From positions 1,376,001 through 1,440,000 of the forward strand of contig JBKBWQ010000001.1 of the NCBI GenBank assembly GCA_046314355.1: a DNA stretch of 64,000 bases, in the 5' to 3' direction. This document shows, piece after piece, positions 30,840 to 40,024 of the stretch (position 1 is its first letter; each line of letters opens with the position of its first letter). Source of the stretch: Candidatus Altimarinota bacterium. GTDB taxonomy: Bacteria > Patescibacteriota > Gracilibacteria > 1-14-2-50-48-13. The position numbers were made by a program, and so were the translations under genes. Under the pieces are notes generated by a model. The model was not told where the DNA came from, searched no databases, and saw only the letters and a list, made by a program, of their open reading frames with translations.

Positions 30840-30933
30840 ATGATTTTAATGGCTTAGAAAGACAATTTACATTAGTAAGCCAAGTGTTTGGTCGAAATTT
30901 AATAGTAATATAAAGTAATCTTTATATTGCTGA

Positions 30934-31887
30934 TTAGATATCAGCAACTTTATCTAAGTGATTACTTTGGAGCCATGCTCTGGAAATTTTGACAAGTTCG
31001 ATCAATGGAATTTTTGAGCTTTCGCTATGAGGAACAACAGACCAAATCATATTAGTCTCATCGAGTTTTAATCTTTTTAATCCGAAAAAGACTTCTTCAA
31101 GCTCAAGTCCAGGGCATTTATCATAAAACAAGAAGCTGTTTTTAAGATAGTTTACAATGGCATTATGATTATTTTTACGAAAGATATTACCCACAGCATC
31201 AGGACTTTCTAGGTGATATGCTCCGATTGATTCATCGTAAATTGGTGTATACCCATTATTAACACATAATCTATAACATAATTCTGCATCTTCAGGTCCC
31301 CATCCAATAAATCGTTCATCAAAAAGCACTTCAAGTGACTTTCTTACACTAAGATTTGCACTAAAACATGCTCTCCATGGATGAGTTGATTTGAGTAATT
31401 CTTTACGGAATATATTTTCTTTTTTCCCTCTTTTTAGTGCTGCATCTTCTGGTACAGTATTTTCAAGCTCTTCATAAGTTTTTATATTTGATATTTCCCC
31501 AAGCCATGTACGATTACCTGCTACTATTAGATTAGAAGTAGTATGTTGCATTACATGTTTCTCAATGAAATCTTTATGCGGCACTATATCCCCGTCCATA
31601 AAAACTAAAAGTTCATTTGTTGCTACTCTTATTCCATTGTTTCTTGCCGCAGCAGCTCGGTAACCATGGTCAGGTTGCCAAACATACTTTATGTCGTGTT
31701 TAGATTTTTTAATATTTGATATGTTTTCTTTTACTACTGTTTCGGGTGATCCGTCATCTGAAACAATTATTTCCATAATGCCTCTATATGTTTGCTGATT
31801 TAGTCCTTGAATAATCAAATTAAGGACGTCTGGTTGTTTATAAGTAAGTACAACAGCACTTACTGACTTTGGAAGACTAATTTTCAT
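30934..31887 (-). CDS. GT2 glycosyltransferase (galactosyltransferase-like C-terminus)
   Basis: VSDDGS, ARNNG, FMDGD and FDERFIGWGPED. Confidence 0.88.
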   Translation of the reverse strand: MKISLPKSVSAVVLTYKQPDVLNLIIQGLNQQTYRGIMEIIVSDDGSPETVVKENISNIKKSKHDIKYVWQPDHGYRAAAARNNGIRVATNELLVFMDGDIVPHKDFIEKHVMQHTTSNLIVAGNRTWLGEISNIKTYEELENTVPEDAALKRGKKENIFRKELLKSTHPWRACFSANLSVRKSLEVLFDERFIGWGPEDAELCYRLCVNNGYTPIYDESIGAYHLESPDAVGNIFRKNNHNAIVNYLKNSFLFYDKCPGLELEEVFFGLKRLKLDETNMIWSVVPHSESSKIPLIELVKISRAWLQSNHLDKVADI

Positions 31888-32035
31888 ATTGCTATCTAAC
31901 AAAATACACTAATAACTACTTAGTAGTACAGTAAAAAGACACTATTGACAATATAAGTGTTATATTATAAACCTAACATAGCCTAAATGTTGGCTTATTA
32001 TATTGTTCCTTAACAAATCGAAGGAGGAAAAACAA

Positions 32036-32773
32036 ATGTCTACTATTACATTGCATTCACTCACAAACATCCCTCTTGTAAAAAAGGGTGATAGTATTGC
32101 ACAATTAATCATTGATAGCACCGTAAAAGATGGCGTTACTTTGGAAAATGGCGATATTATTGTTATTGCTCAGAAAGTTATTTCAAAAGCAGAAGGTGCA
32201 ACCGTGAAATTATCAGATGTTCAAGTTTCAGAAGAAGCTAGAAAACTTGCAGAACAAACAGGTCGCGATGCACGTCTTTGTCAGCTATATCTTGATGAAG
32301 CATCTGAAGTTATTGCTGTAAAAGGACGAATGGTTATTACTAGACATAAATTAGGTTATGTTGGTTCAAGTTCAGGTATCGATCGTTCTAATATGGCTCC
32401 ACACTCAGAAGAAATTGTAGTTTTGCTTCCAAAAGATCCAGATAAAAGTGCTGCAAATATACGTGATGAGATCAAAAATCTCACAGGAATAACTGTCAGT
32501 ATTATTATTAATGATTCTTGTGGTAGAGATCATCGCGATGGTTCAGTTGGTACAGCTATTGGAGTTGGAGGTATTAAAGCCTTACGTATTGATGAAAAGT
32601 TAGATTTGTTTGGTAATCCATCTAATAGTAGAATTGCAGTTGCAGATGAAGTAGCAGCAGCAGCATCACTATTAATGGGGCAAGCAGATGAAGGAGTACC
32701 GGCAGTAGTAGTAAAAGGAGTTGCTTACACATCATCCGAACAAGCTACTATTCAAGAATTTATTCACAAATAG
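32036..32773 (+). CDS. cofE: coenzyme F420-0:L-glutamate ligase-like protein
   Basis: IPLVKKGD, QKVISKAEG, GIDRSN, LLPKDPD.SA, INDSCGR and ADEVAAAASLLMGQADEGVP; SD aaggagg. Confidence 0.88.
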   Translation: MSTITLHSLTNIPLVKKGDSIAQLIIDSTVKDGVTLENGDIIVIAQKVISKAEGATVKLSDVQVSEEARKLAEQTGRDARLCQLYLDEASEVIAVKGRMVITRHKLGYVGSSSGIDRSNMAPHSEEIVVLLPKDPDKSAANIRDEIKNLTGITVSIIINDSCGRDHRDGSVGTAIGVGGIKALRIDEKLDLFGNPSNSRIAVADEVAAAASLLMGQADEGVPAVVVKGVAYTSSEQATIQEFIHK

Positions 32774-32783
32774 GAGGTTAAAA

Positions 32784-33977
32784 ATGGAAGGTTTGATGAT
32801 AAGTCATAATTATCAAGATCCAGCATCAGGTGAGTTTGAAGTTGTAGAACGAAAAGGAGTAGGCCATCCTGATTCATTAGCAGATGCATTAGCTAATGAA
32901 GTATCTATTGCATACTCAAAGTATTGTTTAGAGAATATTGGTGTTATACCTCATCATAATATAGACAAACTCTATATTGGTGCGGGACATTATAAGAATG
33001 ATTATGGAGTTTGTGAACGTCTTTCCCCTATAATAGTTAGAGTTAATGGTCGTATGTCTTCAGTATTTGGTAATGTCGATTTAGATATTCAACAGCTACA
33101 GTCATCTTCTATTCAAAACTATTTACGGCATGTTATGCCATCTATTACTAGTAATGACCTTATTATTGAAACAAATGCATCACAACACACCAAGGTTCCT
33201 TTTTGGTTTACACCAAGAGACCTAAATGATATACCTGATGCTACTAACCCAAAAGCTAATGATACTTCAGTTTGTATTGGTCATTGGCCACCTACATTGA
33301 CTGAATCATTAGCTTATAGGTTAGAAAGGTATTTTTGGAAAGATGTTTCAGGGTACGCTGTGCCAAGATTTGCTGAAATTGGTCAGGATATTAAGGTAAT
33401 GGTAGTAAGAAATGGAGAACATATAGAGGCAACTTTATGCGTTCCAACTATAAGCTTACATACTTCATCCTATAAAGTATATTCTGAACTAATAAAGCTG
33501 TATGAAGAAAATCTCCAAGGTCTTGCTGATGAATTTTTGGCGAGTTCTGGACTTCAATCATTTGTACGGATAAATCCATATCAAAAGCAATATATGCTTG
33601 GATTAGGGAGCTGTATCGAATGTGGTGAAGAGGGGGTTGTGGGAAGAGGTAATAACATTAATGGTATTATCTCAACTCACAGAATTCATACGCTTGAATC
33701 TTGGGCTGGTAAAAACCCAGTCTATCATACAGGTCGAGTATACGGCTATATAACTGCTAAATTTGCTCGAGCAATCGCAGCAAAATTTTCAGTTAAATGT
33801 ACTGTTATTGCAGTAACTCGTTGTGGTGATTCACTATTCCCACCATACCAACTTAAAGTTTCAACCGATAATATTGTCAATAAGTATGAACTTGAAAACT
33901 TTGTTGAACAATTAATATCCGAAACGGACTATATTCAAGAAATTCTTTCATTTAGACCATGGATTAATGACCTATAG
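32784..33977 (+). CDS. mat: archaeal-type methionine adenosyltransferase (SAM synthetase)
   Basis: EVVERKGVGHPDSLAD, HHNIDK, ANDTS, GQDIKVM, GVVGRGN and GKNPVYHTG; SD ggagg. Confidence 0.88.
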   Translation: MEGLMISHNYQDPASGEFEVVERKGVGHPDSLADALANEVSIAYSKYCLENIGVIPHHNIDKLYIGAGHYKNDYGVCERLSPIIVRVNGRMSSVFGNVDLDIQQLQSSSIQNYLRHVMPSITSNDLIIETNASQHTKVPFWFTPRDLNDIPDATNPKANDTSVCIGHWPPTLTESLAYRLERYFWKDVSGYAVPRFAEIGQDIKVMVVRNGEHIEATLCVPTISLHTSSYKVYSELIKLYEENLQGLADEFLASSGLQSFVRINPYQKQYMLGLGSCIECGEEGVVGRGNNINGIISTHRIHTLESWAGKNPVYHTGRVYGYITAKFARAIAAKFSVKCTVIAVTRCGDSLFPPYQLKVSTDNIVNKYELENFVEQLISETDYIQEILSFRPWINDL

Positions 33978-33986
33978 GAGGTTTTA

Positions 33987-34913
33987 ATGTATAAATATAC
34001 AATATCATTAGATAATGAATCAGTTGGTATAGTATCAGATACAGATTTGATGACATTATTTAATCAATGGTCTGAGCTCTTACACCTTAAAGATGTGGCA
34101 GTTAGTTTAGAAGGTGAGAATGAATTTGTTGTAGAATATAGTAATTCTACTGATAATTACGTCTATTACTCAAATAAATGTGCTCATGTAAGAATTCCAT
34201 TAGCAAAGCTTCAGAGTGGTGAATTATTACTTTATGCAGCATTACCTTTTTTAGAGGTCCTGCAGCAAAGGAGATCAGTCATTACTGTGCATGCTGCTGC
34301 TGTAGAAATTCGAGGAAAGGCAGTTTTATTGTTAGGCAAAGTTGGAGCAGGGAAGACCAGTCTGATAATCTCACTTTGTCAAAACCATCAGGCTCAGCTT
34401 ATTGGTAATGATATTGTTAAGATTGAAATGGCTGAAGAAAAAATTATGGCATGTACAGGGTCTAAGTATTTTTTCTTGAGAGAAGAATCAATTAGAAGAA
34501 ATATCCCATCCCTACTTAGTTTGTTTCCCTATTCAGAGAAAGATTCATGGACTCATAAAATTTATTGTACTCCAAGTGAATTAGGTATTATTATAGGTAA
34601 GGGCTTTGTGCCAATTACGCGTAGTTACCTAGTTCATATTGATGAGACAATGGATAAATTACATTCTGTGAATGCTGATACAATGGATACAAGACTTTAT
34701 TTAAATGAAAATATGTCTCGTTATATTCGTGGTACGGCAATTGCTCTCTTTGAAGAAGGTAGAAAATTCTTAGGTTATGTTCCTTCTTTCGATACACCTG
34801 ACTTCTTTTCAATGAGAGTTAGGGTAACTGAACAGCTTATTTCTATGTCTAAGATTAAATATGTGGCAGGCAATCTTAAAGATACTTGTCAGCATATCAT
34901 TTCTGGAATATAG
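33987..34913 (+). CDS. HprK-related P-loop kinase
   Basis: HAAAV....AVLLLGKVGAGKTS then LIGND, the HprK/PEPCK-like signature; SD ggagg. Confidence 0.75.
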   Translation: MYKYTISLDNESVGIVSDTDLMTLFNQWSELLHLKDVAVSLEGENEFVVEYSNSTDNYVYYSNKCAHVRIPLAKLQSGELLLYAALPFLEVLQQRRSVITVHAAAVEIRGKAVLLLGKVGAGKTSLIISLCQNHQAQLIGNDIVKIEMAEEKIMACTGSKYFFLREESIRRNIPSLLSLFPYSEKDSWTHKIYCTPSELGIIIGKGFVPITRSYLVHIDETMDKLHSVNADTMDTRLYLNENMSRYIRGTAIALFEEGRKFLGYVPSFDTPDFFSMRVRVTEQLISMSKIKYVAGNLKDTCQHIISGI

Positions 34914-34920
34914 ATTTTTG

Positions 34921-34947
34921 GACAGCTCGATTGAGCTGTCTTTTTTT
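34921..34947 (+). terminator. intrinsic terminator inside the island
   Basis: gacagctc-gatt-gagctgtc followed by T7. Confidence 0.75.
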
Positions 34948-34957
34948 AACTCAAATT

Positions 34958-35503
34958 ATGTTTACATTTAATAATGCTATTTCGCCAGAGTACAGTTTTG
35001 AAATTGAAAATGCTATTTCATATCTAGTTACTCATTTTAATAAATCGGGTCATAATCCAAAGCCGGTTATATTGCATTCTATTAGAATTGCCATGTTACT
35101 AATGGAGATGGGATATAGTAAAAAGATAATTATTAGCGCAGTACTACATGATATTATCGAGGACACAGATGTAAATAATGAAGATCTTGAAAAGAATTTT
35201 GGACAAGATATTCTTAACCTTGTTTTAGCTGTTAGTTATGATGAGTCAATATCTGATCCAGTAGAACAGTATAAAGATATGTTTAGGAGAGTAATAAAAT
35301 ATGGAAAGGAAGCAGTTGTACTTAAGGCAGTGGATATTGCAGTGAATAGCCTTTATATCCATCTTGTTCCAAGTATAGAAAAGCAAAGAGAATTAATTAA
35401 GAAAGGGACTTATTTTCTTAATTTGACAAAAGAATATGAAGAAGAGCCAGCATGGCAAATGCTAAAGCAGAGAAATCTTGAAGAAATTAAACGATTATCA
35501 TGA
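34958..35503 (+). CDS. HD-domain hydrolase, RelA/SpoT-hydrolase (Mesh1/SAH)-like
   Basis: P.ILHS.RIA, AVLHDIIEDT and VLKAVD; ATG start placed after the terminator. Confidence 0.75.
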   Translation: MFTFNNAISPEYSFEIENAISYLVTHFNKSGHNPKPVILHSIRIAMLLMEMGYSKKIIISAVLHDIIEDTDVNNEDLEKNFGQDILNLVLAVSYDESISDPVEQYKDMFRRVIKYGKEAVVLKAVDIAVNSLYIHLVPSIEKQRELIKKGTYFLNLTKEYEEEPAWQMLKQRNLEEIKRLS

Positions 35504-36651
35504 AGATTGCAGTTTGTCTTCCAAGCTTAAATGAGGCTGCCAATATTGCTAGTATTACTCATATTGTTGACCAAGGGCTTTCTGAAATAATTTTGAAATA
35601 CCCATATGTTAATGCTGAGATTCTAAATTTTGATAGTAATAGTATAGATCAAACACCTCAGATATTTCAACAAACATACACTCATGCATTAAAACAATCT
35701 TTTATAGTTACAAATGGGTTAGGAAAAGGGAGAAATATCTTAGACTTCTGTGAGTATGTAATAAATAATGATATTGAGTACTGTCTGACTATCGATTCTG
35801 ATATTAAATCAGCTACTCCTGCATGGATAGTATCTTTACTAACACCTTTATTATCAGGCTATGCTGACTATGTTACTCCTGTGTATAAAAGAAGTAGATT
35901 TGAGGGCAGCTCTACTAACCACTTTGCTGTACCATTTATTTTTGCTATCACTGGACAATTAATACGGCAACCTATTGCTGGTGATTTTGGTTTTACTAAA
36001 AAGATAGCAAAAGTCTTTTTGCAAAATAAACTTCTATTTGATCCTATAATTGAACATTATGGTATTGATATTTTTATGTCAATTTCTGCAATAAATGCTA
36101 ATGCACGAATTGAACAAATTAATTTAGACAAAAAAATCCATGCACCAAGTTTTCATAAACTTGAGTATATGTTTCCACAAATTGCTAGTACTGCATTGCT
36201 TTGTAAAAAACAATTCAATAATCCCAAGAGCAAAATTGAGACTACAGAAAGCATAGAAATTAATATACTTGAAAATTTAGAATTTCTTCATAAGGATGAA
36301 GCAAATAAAATGAAAAAAAATGCTCTATCTATATTAAAAGAATTAAAAGATTATAAATGGTGTTCAGCTAATTTAATTGAAAATTATTTGCAAAGTTCCG
36401 CATTGGAAATTCCATCAGAGGTACAAATGTCTACACTATGGATAGATATACTTCAAGAATGGATTATCTATTATCAGGAGGTTTCTGATATTAATTCTAT
36501 ACAGAAAGCAGGAAATGAATTATTACCATTCTTCGTGCTAAGAGCAGTTAATTTTTGGATTTGGTCAGAGAGTGTTAGTATAGTACAAATAGAAAATGCA
36601 ATTCTTGAACAGGCTTATCAATTACGCAATATTCTTATAAATAAATTATGA
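35500..36651 (+). CDS. GT-A glycosyltransferase, mannosylglycerate / glucosyl-3-phosphoglycerate synthase-like
   Basis: PSLNEA, GKG, IDSD, YVTPVY.R..FEG..TNH, IRQPIAGDF, YGIDIF and KIH. Confidence 0.8.
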   Translation: MKIAVCLPSLNEAANIASITHIVDQGLSEIILKYPYVNAEILNFDSNSIDQTPQIFQQTYTHALKQSFIVTNGLGKGRNILDFCEYVINNDIEYCLTIDSDIKSATPAWIVSLLTPLLSGYADYVTPVYKRSRFEGSSTNHFAVPFIFAITGQLIRQPIAGDFGFTKKIAKVFLQNKLLFDPIIEHYGIDIFMSISAINANARIEQINLDKKIHAPSFHKLEYMFPQIASTALLCKKQFNNPKSKIETTESIEINILENLEFLHKDEANKMKKNALSILKELKDYKWCSANLIENYLQSSALEIPSEVQMSTLWIDILQEWIIYYQEVSDINSIQKAGNELLPFFVLRAVNFWIWSESVSIVQIENAILEQAYQLRNILINKL

Positions 36652-37493
36652 TTGTCACTGCACTTATTGGATCTCCAGTAGATCATAGTATTTCTCCGCA
36701 ACTATTTAAATTGTATGCAGACGAACATCAACTTGAGTATGCACATACTAAGTTTGATATAAAAGCAGAAGATTTAGAAAAAGTTATTACATCACTTTGT
36801 GCTTTTGGATTTGCTGGTGCAAACATTACGCTTCCTTATAAAACAGATGTAATGCGTTTTTTAGACTACATCTCTCCAGAAGCACGGGCAATTGGTGCTG
36901 TAAATACTATTAAAGTTAATAAAAATAAGCTTGAAGGATATAATACTGATGCTTATGGAGCCATTATGGCAATTGAGAAAGTTGCCTTGAGGAATATAGA
37001 TGCTAGTGACTCAGCTATTGTGCTTGGCACAGGTGGAGCTGCACGTGCAATTACATGGAGCTTACTTCAAAAAGGAGCTAAAGTAACAGTAATATATCGA
37101 GAACCAGAGTCACGACGTACTAATAAAATGAAAGAAGATTTTCATGGTATAGTTAAATTTTTAACTTATAAGGATGTAAATACACATATCTTAGAAAAGA
37201 TCACCTTAGTTTGTAACGCTACCTCTGCTGGCATGTATCCAAATATAAATGGAATGCCGGATACAATGAGAGTACTTGAGTATGTAGATCTACATGACGT
37301 AATAATTTTTGATGCAATATTTAATCCAAAAATAACTAAGTTTCAGGAATGGGCAAAAGAACGAGGCGGTATCTTGGCTTATGGTATTGATATGATGATA
37401 TACCAAGGTATAACTGCATTTGAATATTGGACTAATTATAAAGTTAGTGCTGATACAATAGAAAAGGCTGCTTTTACTTTAATGAAATTATAA
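36648..37493 (+). CDS. aroE: shikimate/quinate dehydrogenase family protein
   Basis: IGSPV.HSISP, GANITLPYK, IGAVNT, GYNTD, GTGGAA, NATSAG and GIDMMIYQG. Confidence 0.9.
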   Translation: MIVTALIGSPVDHSISPQLFKLYADEHQLEYAHTKFDIKAEDLEKVITSLCAFGFAGANITLPYKTDVMRFLDYISPEARAIGAVNTIKVNKNKLEGYNTDAYGAIMAIEKVALRNIDASDSAIVLGTGGAARAITWSLLQKGAKVTVIYREPESRRTNKMKEDFHGIVKFLTYKDVNTHILEKITLVCNATSAGMYPNINGMPDTMRVLEYVDLHDVIIFDAIFNPKITKFQEWAKERGGILAYGIDMMIYQGITAFEYWTNYKVSADTIEKAAFTLMKL

Positions 37494-37498
37494 TATTT

Positions 37499-39343
37499 AT
37501 GCTTAAAGATATATTACATATAACTTTCAATCTTGATGAGATTGCTGATACTGTTTCTGAAGGAATTAGATTTTTAAAGGAACATGGTCTCCATTCGGCA
37601 GAAATTAGAACTATTGATGGTAGAAACATTGCTAAACTTTCGTTAGAAGAAACACTAAGTTTAAAAAAGATCCTGAGTGAAAATAGTATCAGTGTTGCTG
37701 CTATAGCATCACCACTTTTTAAATGGTATTCTGGAAGTCCTCAGACCGAACAAAAAGTTGATCTTTTTGGAATGAGTCCTTATTTATCAATAGATGAGAA
37801 AAAGGAAATGATTGTAAAGATCATTGAACAGGCGATCATACTTGAAACAAAAAATATTCGTATTTTTTCTGGATTAAAGTCTACTGAGGAATATGAACCT
37901 TTGCCAGAAGAAGAATCAGAATTATTACTTTTTGCATTAAAAATTGCAAAAGAAAAAGATGTAATTTTAATGTTAGAGAATGAACCTGTTTGTTACATTT
38001 CTCGCCTTGACGACTATATAAGTATGTTTACCTCAGGTAAGTATGAAGGACTACAATCATGGTTTGACATAGCAAATATATATCAAGAGGGAGAGCTTAT
38101 CACAGCAGAAGACCTAGAAATTCTCATTCCTTTTGTAAAGTATCTTCATATCAAAGATCCTATTGGGAGTAAGATGCACAAATACGTTCCGCTAGGAAAA
38201 GGTTATATTAACTATAAGAGAATTTTTGATATTTTAGAAAAATTAATTACTGAACCGGTTGCTTTAAGTATAGAAACACATGTAAAAAATGATAAATGGA
38301 ATGCTTCAAGTGAATCATTCTATTATTTAAAGAGATTACTCTCAACCAAACGAACTGCCTATGCTATTGTGGGAGTAGGAAGAATATCGCAGAAACACTT
38401 TACTGCATTAAAATCTAATGATAATTGTACATTAGTAGGTGTTTTCGACATTGATAGAACAAAAGCTCATTCTGCAATGCTAGAATATGACTGCGTAGAT
38501 TACTCTAGTTATGAAGAGTTATTGTTAGATAAACAAGTAGAGGTTATATCAATTTGCTGTCCGCATGATATTCACATACCTTATGCTACTCTTGCATTAA
38601 AAAATAATAAAAAAGTACTTTGTGAAAAACCACTTGCACTTAACTCAAATGAACTTTACAGATTTATTGAAAATACTGATAAGCCAGACAGTACTTATGT
38701 TGTTTTTCAAAATCGCTTTAATCCAGCTATAAAGGATTTTTACGAATTTGAAAAAAATAAACTAGGTACCACTCAGTATATCGCTATGACTCTCAGATGG
38801 TGGAGAGACGAATATTATTACAAAGACTGGCATGGTAGTAAAGAGATTTCAGGAGGTCCACTTATTACTCAAGCTATTCATTCCCTAGAACTGGTAACAC
38901 ATTTAACTAGAGGGGCTGGCATAAAAAAAATTAATGCAATTCAATTAAAAACTCGAGATTATATTACTTTATCAGATATTATTATTGCTACTATAGAATT
39001 TGAAAATGGAGTTATTTGCAATATTGAAGTTTGTCTTGCAACACATAATCAGAATTTAGAATCAAGTATTTTTGTTGTAGGTACGACAGGTTCAATGAAA
39101 ATATCTGGAGTTGCTTTATCTGAGTTTGTATATCCCGAGGTAGAGAAAACACTTAATAATGAATCGACTGAGCATTATTATGGTAATGGTCACATTGCAC
39201 TTTATAGAACACACTCAAACCATTATCTAAAATCTTTTGATCATGATGATAAGTTGCTTACAGCTCCCAAAGACCTTTTAGAAACTTTAAAGTTAATAGA
39301 AGCTATTGAAAATGCATTGTCTACATCTTCCAATATAAAGTAA
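37499..39343 (+). CDS. fusion of a xylose-isomerase/AP-endonuclease-like TIM barrel with a Gfo/Idh/MocA oxidoreductase
   Basis: N-half IASPLFKW, LENE, WFDIAN, YLHIKD and SIETH; C-half VGVGRI, VLCEKP, FQNRFNP and GG....QAIH. Confidence 0.85.
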   Translation: MLKDILHITFNLDEIADTVSEGIRFLKEHGLHSAEIRTIDGRNIAKLSLEETLSLKKILSENSISVAAIASPLFKWYSGSPQTEQKVDLFGMSPYLSIDEKKEMIVKIIEQAIILETKNIRIFSGLKSTEEYEPLPEEESELLLFALKIAKEKDVILMLENEPVCYISRLDDYISMFTSGKYEGLQSWFDIANIYQEGELITAEDLEILIPFVKYLHIKDPIGSKMHKYVPLGKGYINYKRIFDILEKLITEPVALSIETHVKNDKWNASSESFYYLKRLLSTKRTAYAIVGVGRISQKHFTALKSNDNCTLVGVFDIDRTKAHSAMLEYDCVDYSSYEELLLDKQVEVISICCPHDIHIPYATLALKNNKKVLCEKPLALNSNELYRFIENTDKPDSTYVVFQNRFNPAIKDFYEFEKNKLGTTQYIAMTLRWWRDEYYYKDWHGSKEISGGPLITQAIHSLELVTHLTRGAGIKKINAIQLKTRDYITLSDIIIATIEFENGVICNIEVCLATHNQNLESSIFVVGTTGSMKISGVALSEFVYPEVEKTLNNESTEHYYGNGHIALYRTHSNHYLKSFDHDDKLLTAPKDLLETLKLIEAIENALSTSSNIK

Positions 39344-39678
39344 ATATATATTTAATTGCATTATTTAGATCATTTATTGGCTATGTATATTTTTCGTATT
39401 TCCTCCAGCTTGGTGAGCCATGAACCACTCGGCTATCGCCTCGGGTACATGGCACGCCAATAAGCTCAAATCAATTCACGTACTAGATCCGAGTATGTGG
39501 TTCATGCAGTATACCTGACCCGCCGATTCGGCGTGGGAATGGTTTACTGCCTTACTACGTCGTTAAACAATAGAAAGAGAACCTACGAGCCATTTCTGTT
39601 GTTTGCTAATTACAACACTAGATGCTTGAAGTACCTATTGAATAGAATATTATCTAGAATAATACTTCTTCTTTTTCT

Positions 39679-39947
39679 ATGAATTTTTATTATGTGTATG
39701 TGCTCAAAAGTCTAAAAGACAGTAAAAACTATATTGGTTTTACAAATAACTTATTACAAAGATATACAGAGCATGAACAAGGTAGAAATATATCTACAGC
39801 AAAACGTAGACCTCTGGAACTTATTTTTATGAAGCATTTAGAAATAAAGAAGATGCTCTACGTAGAGAAGCTTATTTCAAAACTACAAAAGGAAAAATTA
39901 TGTTGAAGATTATATTGAAGGAAGGCTTTAGTTTTTCGGCTCTGTGA
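39679..39947 (+). pseudogene. GIY-YIG nuclease (UPF0213-like) with a single-base frameshift
   Basis: YVYVLKS..YIGFT.NL..R..EH..G; the C-terminus YEAFRNKEDALRREAYFKTTKG lies in another frame after the T5 run at 39824-39828. Confidence 0.8.
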
Positions 39948-40024
39948 GCAACAAAAAATCAAGAAATTAGTGTTTTACATTTAAAGTGATATATAATAAA
40001 AGTACAATTATTAATTAAAATATC

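Larger units (their letters stand above)
30840..39420. mobile_element. putative tRNA-Gln-anchored AT-rich genomic island (no integrase seen)
   Basis: Abrupt shift to AT-rich sequence after the tRNA CCA; strong GGAGG SD sites; gene content unlike the backbone. Confidence 0.55.

Noticed and set aside
32036-37493. Canonical F420 or shikimate pathway operon
   Set aside because: Only one gene of each pathway is present, among unrelated enzymes.
39497-39682. 61-aa ORF upstream of the GIY-YIG gene
   Set aside because: It runs through the hairpin cluster and has no protein-like features.
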